Source: Klebsormidium nitens
Lineage: Eukaryota > Plantae > Klebsormidiophyceae
DNA length: 64,000 nucleotides
Reading direction: 5' to 3'
Assembly: GCA_000708835.1 (NCBI GenBank)
Contig: DF237016.1
Span: 124,001-188,000 of the forward strand
Both the position numbers and the translations under genes were made by a program. This document shows, piece by piece, positions 26,352-39,407 of this stretch. The notes beneath the pieces are model-generated. The model was not told the DNA's origin, ran no database searches, and saw only the letters and a program-made list of their open reading frames with translations. How positions within the stretch are numbered: position 1 is the first letter of the stretch; every line of letters begins with the position of its first letter.

Positions 26352-28340
26352 CACCAGCGATCCCTAAGCCCATGGGTTGGGGCATCCTGTAGAAACGAAA
26401 GTGAAATAAGTCCAATTCGAAGTGTTATAAGACAAAAGCATGTCTGCAAATTGAAGACAACTCTCGTAGGCTCTAGTACAGAAGATTGCCGTTGAGTGAA
26501 TGCAACTAATATGTGCGTAGACGAACAGAATCTGCTATCCAAGTTATACAGCTACTTCAGAAGAGCTGCTGTGCTTCTGTGGTACGGCTCCACAAATGGC
26601 TTTACCAAGTATCAAATATTGCAATGTAATTGCTGAAATGTTGCAAACCAAATCCTGCCCAGCGCTGACTAGACGAAGGGGAGACAGTGATAAAGTCGCA
26701 AGTGCGCAGTTGCTCAAGAAGCATGGACAATTTCAACATACATGCCGCCAATTGCAGAATCAGGACTTCTACCTCACTCACTTGGACTTTACAGTTTGCT
26801 TCAATAGGAGATATCATGTTCCAGTGAGCAGTAGCAGTGTCCTTGAGCACCCTGTCATTTTTTCCAATTCATTGGCGAGCAAGTGTTCTCTAAATTGGAC
26901 ACGGCTAGAATCTTCTCAAGAGCGCAGCTAGCGGTCTGCGTCTGTAACCGCCCTTCACATGACAAACAGAACAACGTACAACTTTCGAAACAGCACCTGG
27001 CACAACAGAAAGTGTGGCCTGCAAGAGAAGGCCTGCTCAAGGACAATAATACACTCAGAATGACTTGCAAAGTGTACTGCATTCTAGAAGACTCTCTAAT
27101 ATATGCGGAGGCCTACCTGACACATTTGCAGCTTCGCAGAACGGGGACTGCTGCCCAAGCTGTATTGCTGCTCAAAAGCTGGGGAAGATCACAAGCTTTA
27201 CAACGGACCAAACGCAGCATATATGGTGCAAGCTGGCACTTGACAATGTGACCACTCAGCTGCGTTCCAAACCACTCAGTCGCCCTACGTGCCCAAGCCT
27301 TCCATTCTTCCTTCCGTGTCCCCTCCTCTTCAGCCTGCCCTATGTACAAACTTCAAGCGGTTCGCTACAAGTAAAGCGTCCTCTGAACGCTCTCCTGGTC
27401 CAGCACCAAGCTATAGCCGAATAGGCCACAAGCTGCGCGCTCGTGGCCGGAGTCCTTGGTTGAGGAGGTCTGAAGTGAAAAGTTTGACGAATCAAACCGT
27501 TATTATGAACGGCATCAACGGAATCGGAACGAAGGTCAACGGAACGACCGGACCGGAACCTGCGGTTTCTGGCAGTACGTCTCGCGTATGTCTAGCTAGC
27601 AGAGTCGCACGCGTTCTAGCTGTTCAACGCTTGTGCCTCGCTTGTGCATGACTGCATGCTTCTACGTACTTGCTGCACTTGGGTCTCACCATGTTGAGTC
27701 GGCTATAGAAGGGCCGTAATTCAAGGGCCATAGAAATGTGCCCGCTTGTTGAACGGAAGATGCGATCGAGGAGACGAGGACGGTCTGATCGCTCTATATA
27801 GATTGTTGCCTCAATAATAAGATGCAAACCCGTCAGATGCAAATAGTTCAATAACCTCATCAGTACGCGTGCGCTCTGCCAGCTTGCTCCTCGGTTGGCC
27901 CGAGCTTTGAATGGTCGAACGGTCCCATATTTGTCCTCCTACTGAGCTACTGACTTTCTCAAACGATGCAAAAGACAGCTAATAGTCTCGAAAGTACAGC
28001 CCGGCATGCGCTGGACAATGTAAAGTTCATCTTCCGTAGAAGAATGGGAACAGCACTCTACGAGTCTGGGACTTTGCTTGTGATTTTGGAGCCAAACGTG
28101 TATTGCGCAGATTCGAGAGACTTGAAAGCTGGGCTCTCTGTATGACAAATTGACGTTCTTCTGCGTTGAGCTCGTCAAAATGACGATCTTCATTCAAGCA
28201 CTCAGTGTTGCGGAATGTCTCATATATATAAGTAGACGTCACGAAGCAATCACTTTGGCTATATATTTGGCTACGGCGTATTTGAAAAGAGCCATCACTT
28301 TAGAGGACAGTGAATACATTTGAGGTTCTTTTGCCCATGT

Positions 28341-28374
28341 CATCAAGGCCTTTAAACCATCAAGGCCTTTAAAC
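28341..28374. repeat. Exact 17-bp tandem duplication (CATCAAGGCCTTTAAAC x2)
   Basis: Read directly from the sequence. Confidence 0.9.
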
Positions 28375-29110
28375 TTGCAACTTTGCAGCCATGATGATCG
28401 GATCTGCATATCTAGACGTAGTCAAACTCGAGGTACGTGACGCAAAGCTTTGCTGAGCCAATGTGGGCGTATGGCTACTAAGATCGACACATGCACGGCT
28501 AGTGAACGAAACCAAAGAACCTGCTCATTGTAATGACATGGCCGCGCACTGATTGTATGTCCTGGCCCGGGCCTGTACCTTTGTGATTGCACTCCATATG
28601 ACGGCTTTAACCACAAATGCTGAGTACTTGTTGTCTGTTCGCTCAGGCTAGCTCGAATGGAGCACGCCATTCACGTTCGACTGGCCCCACTGGCAGTGGT
28701 GTCTATTGAGTGGACTTACCCAACATAATACAACACCCAGTACATATGCTGGCATGTGCCGGCATGGCCGCATGTGATGGCCACCGCTTCAATCAATATT
28801 GTGCATAAGCACGGCACAATTTCATGTGACCCAGCGTCCTGTTTGAATTTCTGAGGCATGACATGTTCAGTGCACCATGAGGCCGTATGGCGTCTAATGT
28901 GGCACGGTCATGTATGCGCGGCCACTTACAAAACAAGAGAGAGGAAAAGGCAGCAAGGGCTTACTGCAGGGGGACGTTCCAGTTTCGTGAGTCACAAGCA
29001 ACCTATATCCGCCGATTTGATGTCCAATGGAAGTTGAATCTTTTCATTGAAAGGTTACACCGGCCATGCAGTGCCTCCTGCATACCGTTCTAGGGCTGCC
29101 ACTTGCAACG

Positions 29111-32100
29111 TCACCAGATGTCAACACGTGCGCTATTGCTGCGGAAAAGATTATCCCCTTCTTTCACTCCGAATGCCTCGTAAAACTCGGGTACATTGCA
29201 GACGATACCTGCAGAAAGACGAATCCACTGCATTCGAACCTGCCAGGGAAAGTGCAGATGCTGCGCCCATTTGAGATTTTGGAACGCAACTATCAAATAT
29301 GAACTCCTAGACTGGGTTCTTAGAAGTCTTTAGAAGCATTTTTTGAAATCTCCGAGACAACTTCCTTCGCCTCCTTCTAGAACAGTTCGGACAGGATGCC
29401 TGCTAGTGCGAATTTCGCATCCCTTCTAGAACGGGCGAGACGGCACAAACAATATATCTGAGCGAGGTCAGTCTTTGAACCCTACGAGATCGGAAAAGAA
29501 GTGATCTCTCGGCTTACCATTGACCCGGTAGTCCGCGGGTGAGTGTGGGTCTGTGGTGACCCTCTTCAGAGCCTGTTCTTTGGTGATGTTGGACCGCCAG
29601 ACCTGGACACGATTGTGAAACGAGGGCGTTTGAAAGCAATCATCTAAAGAAGCTCGCTCGTCCCGGGCCCAACATCAGGCTAGGTCTGGAATCAAAGCGT
29701 TAAACGTTTCAAAATAATGGTTTTTCCTTCTTCAAACCACAGGCTTTCCAATGCGGAAATCTTGCCTTTTTCGACTGGTGGAATTCGTCGGCGGTGCACG
29801 GACGCGCTTAAAAGCTCCGGGGCAAAGCATTCAGATGGTTTATAAACTTCGCTCGCTTGGGACATCCTGGCACGACGGGAATGCACGTACTACAAATAAT
29901 CATGCAACCTTGTCCTTCGCCGCCGTCAAGGCCACCCTCTCCAGATAGGGATAGACAGACTTGCGCTCTAGTCATAGGCAGGATAAGAGACAAGTCGGGA
30001 CTTGAAGAATTATCGAGCTGAGAGCTTATCGCTCCAATTGTTAACCAATTCGTATGCTACTAGACAAAAACCTAGGAATGTGGAGGCAGGAGCTGGATTC
30101 GCACCTGAGCCCACGAGAGGAAGAACCGCTGTGCAGGGGTAAATTCGCCCCCTGGGTTCACGGTTGCAACGTCGTCGCCCGCCTGCTTCTGCTTTTTCTG
30201 CGCAGAAACGAAGACAATCAGTCTCTGAACGCCACAAAATCGAAGGATGTTCCCCGGTTACTAGAACGCTGGCACAACAATTGCCGTAAGCTCAGAACAG
30301 CTCGCGCCCAGAGCAATCTCGTATGACCCTAAAAGCTAGCAAGAGCCCGCACCAATTCCTTTTCTTTTAGGTTACCTTTCTGGAACATCGCTCACTGCCA
30401 TCGTCAGCCCCAGAGGTTTGAAGTCACACCCAAAAAGCAGTATTGTCTTGAGTACCCGAATACTCTTAGCCCTTAGTCTCAGGAATTCGACATTGAACTG
30501 CGGGAACTGATGTTGACCAGCTCAGCTCCTTGCAGCACTGCTCTGGGCGAGGAGTAGTCTCGAATTTGAGACGCTGGAAAGGTCGATCGCGGCGTCAACA
30601 CAGTAGCTTAGCAGAAGCAGAAAGAACTGCATCGAGCGGAGCCCCACCTGCGCCCGCTGGAACGCAGCGTACGCGATCTTGACCCCCCCGAGGTCCGCGA
30701 TGTTCTCCCCCTGCGTGAGCTCCCCGTTGAGCTTGGCCCCGTGCACAGCGTAATCGGAGAACTGGTCCACAATCACCTTGGCGCGCCGCTTGAACTCCTC
30801 CGCGTCCTCTGGGGTCCACCAGTCCGCCAGGTTGCCCGTGGCGTCAAAACGGCGGCCCTGGTCGTCGTAGCCTGAAGAGGACGGGAAGCGTTAGGGTTCC
30901 GTTTCGAGAGGGGATGTGCAAGAGAAACTTTGAAAGCACCATTACGACCTGGATTTCTCAGCGTATGGCAAGGTTGAGTCACAGCGTCCGGCGGCTGTGG
31001 CGTGTCAAAAATGACGACTTAGGTGCGGCCTCGACCGGAAGCACCCTTTACTTCTGTTCACTATAGACTACGCGCCATGTCAACTACAGGCTTGGTTCGA
31101 AGAAAACGCTCTGGTCAGAAACATGAAGGGAAGGAGGAAGGAAAGGCGTGAACACGAAAATCGAAGACAAGAAAGCAGGGAGAGCTGTAATGAAAGACTG
31201 ACCAAAGGAGAGGACCTGAGGGCATGCCCTACCGTGCGTAATCTCGTGCGCAATCACGCCGCCCATTGCGCCGTAGTTGACGGCGTCGTCTGATCGTGGG
31301 TCGAAGAAGGGGAACTGGAGGATGGCCGCCGGGAAGACGATCTCGTTCAGCTTCGGGTGGTCTGCAGCAATGAAAGCGCGCCGTCAGGGCAGGCCATTCA
31401 GTCACAACTCCGCACTTACAGGTACGACGAGGCGGAGTGATGGGGGAGCAATCAGTAACAAAGTGGACTGCCAAACAACTTCAAAGCCGAGGCTTATGAA
31501 GCTTTGGGAATCGGCAATTACCTGCTGCGCTCCTCAACCTACCTGAGTCAGAACAAGGACTATGGCCCCGACGGCAAGCAATCCAACAGCCTCAGGCTTA
31601 GCGAACGGGTTACTGTTTCAGGCACTCAAAGTACAATGTTATGGGAGCACTTATAAGGTATGCCCCAGTTTGTGCGCAACGTCAGTTGTGTAAGTAAGAA
31701 TATTAGGGGGTCGAACGAAGTCCACTGCTTAAGCAGTGCCTTCGCCGCAGCTCACAGCCTAACCACTTCCACAAAACCCTCAGCACTCAAGAGGTCTCGT
31801 AGCAGCTCACATACTAATCACTCGCACGAAATGCCTCAAGCACACAGAGTTCTCAAGTAACGGGAGAGCCGCTCACAGTAGGCGTTGACGGTCTGCGGCG
31901 TCATCATCCAGCGCGTGCGGTCCACTGGCTTGTCCAGGCGGTCCAGCATCCGCTCGAAGTGGAACTCCTTGGCGCGCAGCACGTTGCCCACCAGCGGCTC
32001 GTCGCGCACCACCAGCGGGCCGTAGTCGATCCACTGGTCGGGGTAACCGATCTTGACTGCAGATGACAGACCCGTGTCAGGGAAAGAGAACACTGAGCTT

Positions 32101-35100
32101 TCGTTGCCTTCCACGTCGATCGGGAGTGTTCTGGGCCAAGGATTGCTCAAGGTTCCACTGCGACTGTGGACAGGGAGTTTGAGATAAGACACCGTTTAAA
32201 CAAGTCCAGGGCAATTGTTAGCCTTGTGATTTGCTAGCTGTAGCAACCAGTCTGCTTAGGCAACTAGGCGGCGGAGGCTGCGGGCCCGCCTAAGCCAAAT
32301 CGCTTCAGCGGCGACGACGTGTTCTCGAGGGGTGAGGTCCTCAACATAGAAACACCGGATATGTATTTTCACTGTCGCTTGCTATGAAATGCGAGAGCAG
32401 CTTTTCGAGTCGAACGCTTTGTATGAAGAATCAAATTGTTGACCTCCGTCAACATATGAGCCAAGTCGACAGCGGCGTAGAAACCTCTCGAATAATCTCA
32501 GTCAACAGCTAGCTTGATAGTGTTTCTGGTCGTCCGTGATTGAAAAGGATTCTAAACCGTATCGAATCGAGAGACAGCCGGCAGATCCTAAAAACCAAGG
32601 CAGCGCTACGAAAACCTTCAGGGCCACAAACACAGCACAGAGGACCCCATAGTTCGTACAGCTCTCACCCTTGAACGTGCCCAGCTTTTCGAGCGCGCGT
32701 TTCTTGGTCTCGTCCTTCATCCAGGCGAGCGTCTTGAGGCGCTCCTCCATCGTCTCCTGGATTACACCCACGATGACCAGCGCGCGCTGCTTCGCCTCCG
32801 GAGAGAAGACCTACAGCAGACATCAGCTTGCTTTGTTCGGCTTTGATTCGTCCAACTTTTCATGCGCCAGCAAGGTAGAAGCAACACCCTTCGCGTATCT
32901 CCAAGACGATTCTGGGACCAGTGACGCAAAAGTCATGGGTACGATAGTTTGATTCCATCATGCACGGATTCCAGGAACCGCTTGCCAGTAATGGATGGAT
33001 TCAGCAACTTCAGAAGCAGCGGCGGGACTTTGCCGGGATGAGTTCTTCTTGTATTCCCTGGCCCTGGTATAGTGGGGTCGTGCAAACGGCACTCTTGTGG
33101 CCGGAAGATCGACCTGAAGATTCGTAAAGAAGAGCGACCCTTGCTTGTCCTGACCCTCGTATTTCGAAAGAGCGAAGGCAGCGAACGAACTTGTCAATGA
33201 AGAAAGACGGAGAAAGCGGAAAAAGCCGAAGAAGACGCAAAGGAGCCTTCAAGGCGAGAAGGTGAACACTTGAAAAACTCAATCTCGACGAAGCACCCAC
33301 AAAAACGAGAGCGCGTGCGTCACCTGGTGGACGTAGAGCTCCCCGAGCGCCTCCCCGACGGCCCAGTCCAGCAGGCCCAGCATCTTCTTCCAGCGCGGCT
33401 TGTCGTCCTGCTGCCCGTCCAACACCTTCTTGTAAAACTCGAAGTCCGCGCGCACAAATGCCTCCGGAAGCTGGGAAGCGGAGAAACAGAATTTTATTAA
33501 ATACATTCAGTCTTCCCCAGTGACGGCGATGCACCAGTTATATGCGCTGTTTGAACGAAGCCTGCGGACTCTCCAGGGGTCCGACTGCGCTAAGATCTTC
33601 GCGAAACGTACACCGCCTCCAGAAGCGCTCTCCCAGACTTCGAAGCTCGCTCCCACCATTTGTGGTGCAGCTCAACAACATGCAGTCGAGTCCTTCGCCT
33701 TGACACAGCAAACCCTCCTTTTCGAAAGCGGAACTCCCATTGGCAAGGTATCGTCATGGGAACTTCTTGTACCTTCAAGCGCTTTTTGGGCTCGACGGGC
33801 TCGAGCACAATTCTCTAGTGACCAAGCCTCGGAATAGTAGATTCTCAAGGCAAAGCAACTCAATTGGGGCCTTTGTGGCACGTGCTCACATATTCGGACA
33901 GGGAGTGGACGACATTCCATGTGAGGTACGCCTTCCAGTCCGCGTCCGACAAGTCTGCCAGGTGCCTCCCGACCGCGTTGAAGAAGTCGGGGTGCTCCAA
34001 GTTGACCTGCAAAACCGTAGCGATCAAGCTTCTTCGAAAGAAACGGGGCGAATACCGTCTCCGAAGTTTCCAAGGGCTCCAAAACGTTGAGCGCCCTCGA
34101 TTTCAACAACAGCCGTTCCGGTGGAAATGCTTTGCAGGACCTTTCTAACATCGACACTTACAACGACATAGAGGGAAATTGGATCTGCAACGCAATTGGA
34201 TGAGAAGAACTCTGGTTAAACTCGAGAGTTCCCAATGTTGTTATTCTTCTGGTGCGGCCAGCCATCCCAGCATTTACCGATGAGCTCGAACAAACTGCTC
34301 ACAATTGCGCTCCTGCTTGAGCGGGCTCCGGCTCAGTCTGTGTCCAAAAGGTGAACCTAGATACAAAAAAGCACGGATCCCTTCCCATCAGAAATCTTGC
34401 GACCAGGGCGAGCACCCTCACACGCTCCGCAACCAGTACATTTTTCCGAAGCACAACGTCCGACGTGCCCGTTCTCATCCCCTAGGCCTGGCCCGGAAAA
34501 CGTCCCGCTCGAAGTCACTGCTCCCGTTCAAGTCTGCTCTTTCTAGTCTCTTGATCCCCTCAACTTCTATCTTCACAAGACGCAACCAGCTTTCGCAAGG
34601 CCTCCTTACCTCGACGACCTCCTTTCCGACTGTTCTGAAGTACTCCCCCAGATCGAATCCCGGCGCGGCCGCCGACTGTGCCTCTTCCCAGGTGCGCTTG
34701 TTGTACACGCGCTCGGGGTCTCGCCGCTCCACCTTGGTCAGACTCGCCTCCGCCAGTCGCTTCTCGAAAGAGAACACCGCCACGGAGCTTGCCTGAAAGA
34801 GGCAGCCAAGACCACTGAAGTCGTTAATATAAGTTGGAAGTACCGACCTGGACACTCAAGTCGGTTCTTGCTGCGCTTTGAGTAATAGTACTGCCGCGGA
34901 GCTCGTCCAGATGAGGCGAGAGAGGTTTGAGCAGACTTGGACAGAAGCGAGTAAAGATACGTGTACTGTACTGAACACAGGACTGGCTGCTCCTCTAAAA
35001 GACGGCAGCAGAGCTTGATCGTGACACGGTCGTTTCAATCGAATCTGACTTAGGTTTCTGAACCCACTATATGAGGCAAGCATTCATGCCTATCACTTGC

Positions 35101-37623
35101 AGACGGTTTTTCGATGACGGCTCGAGGCTGCGGGTCTCAGCCACGACAAGTTCGTACTCTACGTTTCGCATCCTTCTACACACAACATTGGACTTCAGAA
35201 ACAGAACCAGTGCGCATTTGCTCTCAGAGAGTTCTGTTAAATCTCGCAGCTAAGAAGAAAAACGTCAAGCACGGTCAAGTATGGCCGAGTAAGACACACC
35301 CTTCGATGCTGGTAGTTGACCAAATAGCACGCAACAACGATTCTCCTGCACGCGACTCACCAGTGCCCCTGGTAGCGATGTAATTTCCATCTTGCAAAGC
35401 TCTAAAATTTATTCAACTAAGTCTCAGGAGAGTCGGCACCTTCGCTCCCCTTTCTCACCTTGGCCTCCTCGTCGCTCTTTCCCAGCAGCTTGAAGACCGC
35501 CGTCAGGTGGTCCTTGTACTTGCCCCGGATCTCCTCCTTCTCTGGTAGGACGTAGAAGTCCCGGTCGGGCAGCCCCAAGCCGCCCTGGTACAGGTGCGCA
35601 ATGGACTGCCCCGAGTTCTTCGAGTCCGCACTGTCCACCAGCGTGAACAGCGGACGGATGCCCTGCACGTCCGAAGTCCGAAACCGTCCATTGGTGCTCG
35701 ATGGCCAAGTACCGAGATCGTGGCTTCCGGACTACTATCATTTCCGATGTACCGAACTGTCGCGATAGGACTGGTTACAACCAAGCAATTTGCTGGAGGA
35801 ACGTTGAGCAATCTGCACACCAGCCAGTGCCCACTATCTTGACAACGGATCCTTATGCCATAACCCGTCCAGGACAAGAGGCTGCTGACCCAAGACAGCA
35901 CCTCAAGGGACTTAATCGGAGTCAAACTTCAAACGAATTCACTGTGGTCCGATGGTGTGTATGGCATTCGGAGGGCCACCAAAGTACTGAATCAAACGGT
36001 GTCACAAGCCACATACTGTCACGGTGTATCACAACCAAGCAATCCACTCCATCTAGGGCAATATCCATCTTTATCGTGTCCCATCATTCGTTGCTCACCT
36101 TTCGATGGAGCTGGGCCACAATGCGTGACCTGTTTCCACCTTGCTCGATCGCTTTGAACCAGTCCGCAAGCGGAGTGAGCGCTGCCGCCTCAATGCCTTC
36201 TGTGTCCACCGCACTTCTCCAGAACGTGCCAACCTGAGGGAACCAACGTCATGCACGTTTTGAAGTCTGACAGGGCAGTAACAGCCTCAATACACACAGC
36301 GCATGCTCAATCCCTTCTCGAAGAAATTAGTTCAAAGAGGCCCTGGGTTCCTCCAGAAAAAGTTTGGATTCGAAAAGGCGAGGGCAACTGCTGAACGTCC
36401 TCATGGCCTCTATAAGTCGACAAGTTACAGAACATGGGCTCCAACCATCACTTGATTGGGCGCGTGGGCAGGCTCGAAGCAACATACACATGAGTGTTGT
36501 TCAAAGGTGCAACTTGCGGAAGTGCCCGCACCCCAAGTGCGCTTGCTTATGTTTTGTCAGAACCGCGAACTTGAGGAACAGGTCAGCAAACAAAAAAGTT
36601 GGAACCCCCACGTGTCGAAGGACACGGCAAATCAATGAATGCAAGGCTGCCTTCTTATCAGACGCCTGCATCATTCAATCATCTTCTTCTGACTTCCTGA
36701 TCAGTGTCAAGAAGTTGTATCAGGGCCTCCCACCTTTTGCACAGTTCCGGTCGCCGAAGTGTCTTGCATTGCATCGTCCACGATCTTTTTGAGCATCGCC
36801 AAGTTCTTCTCGTTCATGACCTGCGGCATCAGCGCACCCGATTGGACTACTTCGTCAATGATCGCTTCTCCTTATACTTCCAGTTGCCGCTGTTCTGACA
36901 TGTTAAATCTGGATACACTTGAAGTTAGACTATACCACCATGTCGTTCAGAAGTGCAAAAGGCAAGAGGAATCAATGGAAGAGAGAGTAGCTCGTAAAGA
37001 TGGAATACAACTTGACGCATGGCCCCCAGGATGTGATCAAAAGGTGGTATGAAGTTCGCAATTCACCCGATGCCTTCAGCAATGCTGAAACAGCATAGCG
37101 CACCAAGGTGCCCATGGTTTTCAATCAAGGTGTACAATTTGAGCAGCCCCTCACAGCATTGCACAAATAACCAACCAATTGCCCCTGCGGGCAGGCATAA
37201 AAGGTTTAGACACCCTCGTGCTGATTCAGGCTTCATAATCTTGATGAATCATTTAGCCCACCTCAAAGGCTCCCCACCGGCTGTAATCAGAAGGTATGGG
37301 GTTGCTTTTGCACCACGTCCCATTTGCAAAGGAGAAGAAGTCATCGCCCGGAGAGACCTGGGCAGGGACATAAATTGAAAGTGTTGAATTTGAGTCATTC
37401 AGTGAAGCTTGCAAAGCTTACAACTCACAGAGCTCACAACTCAAAGAACCATCGTGGGGCCCAGATCATCTCTTGATAATCTACATTGCTTTTCGCAACC
37501 TGCTGTGCTGCCATGATTGTATTGTAGACACATGCAGTCACCAATTCCCCCCGTGCTCACCGATCTGTCAAGGTTAGCAGGGTCGATCGCCTTGAATTCG
37601 TCTTCCGCGGGCGCCATTGGCAT
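29111..37623 (-). CDS. Peptidase family M13 (neprilysin/ECE/PepO-like) zinc metallo-endopeptidase; 15 exons, about 660 aa, no signal peptide or TM anchor seen
   Basis: Exons (minus): 37623-37561, 37357-37262, 36820-36734, 36233-36099, 35662-35459, 34792-34610, 34006-33890, 33470-33324, 32810-32669, 32056-31877, 31361-31233, 30871-30648, 30197-30105, 29602-29518, 29208-29111. Motifs: [23 protein letters not shown]; [12 protein letters not shown]; VKIGYPD; [27 protein letters not shown]; [21 protein letters not shown] (HExxH); GENIADLGG; [10 protein letters not shown]; [35 protein letters not shown]. Confidence 0.95.
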
Positions 37624-39187
37624 TGGCGTGCTGATCCAGTTTGCCCTCTTTGCCTCGTTGAGCCCTTGTTGAGCAAATGCGGAATCGCGAGGGCGTGTTC
37701 GGAAACTCTAGTGCAGCAGCAGCACTGCCCCCCCCCCCCAGCAGAAGGTACGGTACCTTCTACTTATCGCCCGTCCGGGTTTTCCGCTCAACCCATTTTG
37801 CCGGGAGCCATCAGAAATGTTTCGAAGTCGAATCACGTGGCGGGGAGATATCACTGATATACCCCGCCGCGGAGGGGTGTATCAGGAATCTCTTGGCAGG
37901 TTCGACGGCGATGCCATGTCCAGACTCAGAGATAAGCGAGTTATACCATTCGAGCTCGACGATATCGAAGGCTTCTTGTCGACCTCGAGCTTGATATCCC
38001 CCTCGGGGCTCCGCCCTCGGGGAGATATCAGCTCTCGTTCGACGCGAAACCATCGATATCGCCGAGCTCTCATGGTATAACTACTACATAGGGTGACATT
38101 GCATCACGGTATGTACCATTGGTTCGATACAACGTACCGGAAGCTTCCTGACCTGCTAACTCTCCGAGGACCCGGCCGGCGATCCCGAGGGCCGAACTTG
38201 CTCGCATGCATCCTTCGAAGCCGGGGTGCTCCACCGGCGGGGCCCGAGAGACCTTCCGGTACAACCTAGGCCGATTCCAGCAGGCTGGTGACTGGCTGGT
38301 GACCACCAACTGGCTACTGCTGCGGTCAAACGTGACCGGATGATCGGAAGCATATGGCACTTTGGCGGCGCTGCCACGATTCACAACCCGGGACAGGGAT
38401 CCAGTTGGTCCAACTGTTTGGATAGACACGCAACTGAAGTTTGATACGTGTAGCCAGCAGAAGTCACAAATCCCGAGTCGGTCTCAACGTCACAGACAGT
38501 GTGCAAATTCCGAGCTTTCAGGAGCTTTTGTTGTGACATCGATGTCGAGCCTATGCAGCATGAGCTGCGCACCCATTCCTTCGACGGTGAGGAAGGTTGT
38601 GAATCGTTTAGAAGCTTGGACAACTGGCGCAAAAGGATGATTAAGCTGACGTCAGTCGTCCAGCTGATCAGACCCGTGAGACCTCCTCGACCGGGCAGCG
38701 CAGCGCCCCGGGGGCGGCGTGCATCCAAGTTGCCCGGCCACCACAGGCCTCAATAGCGGCTGCTGCAGCTCATATGCATTTGTACGCAAGATCATATGTT
38801 CCTGGATGAGCCCGAATTCAAGTATTTTAACTGATTATAACACAGCTGTTCCTTTCGGAAAGCAGCTACCTAGGTGAGATCATTTACCTAGCTGACAAGG
38901 TTAAAAGTGGATTTCAAGCAGAATTTATGACCTGTTAAAACAGCAAGAGTCAAGGTTTGTTGGCTGATCAACGAGCTAATTATTGTGCAATTTGTGTGGA
39001 CAATTGGTCAAAATGTGCCCGGGGGGAACACTGGCACGACGGTTGCTCACCGGCGGTGCGGTATGCACCGGTTCGATCTACCTACGGTAGGCCCCCAGCA
39101 AAGATGACGGTACCTACCTAGGGTACGTAGTCGAGACTCGATACCTAGATTCTCTGTCGAAGGGAAGAAGGAACCCCTGACCAGAAC

Positions 39188-39407
39188 CAGGGATTCCCAC
39201 AACTGGCAGCCTGGGGCGGACCTGGCTGGCCGGGAAGGGACCCTGGCTGGTGCCGAAGGCACCCCGCCAGCTCGGTAGCTGGTAAAATTCGACAGGTCCG
39301 TAGGGCACTCAGCTGGCCGGTAGAGCCAACCGCCTGCCCCCCAGCTGGTACAGCCGGGGGGCTGCCTGTGGCTGGCTGGCCGGGACGAAAGTCCATGGGA
39401 ATCCCTG
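39188..39407. mobile_element. Non-autonomous hAT-superfamily MITE, 220 bp
   Basis: Perfect 12-bp terminal inverted repeats CAGGGATTCCCA (39188-39199) and TGGGAATCCCTG (39396-39407), flanked by an exact 8-bp direct repeat ACCAGAAC (39180-39187 and 39408-39415). An 8-bp TSD and TIRs starting CAGGGAT are hAT/Ac hallmarks. An internal direct repeat GGCTGGCCGGGA occurs twice. Confidence 0.85.

Noticed and set aside
38395-38405. CAGGGATCCA resembling the hAT TIR
   Set aside because: No matching inverted partner with an 8-bp TSD found.
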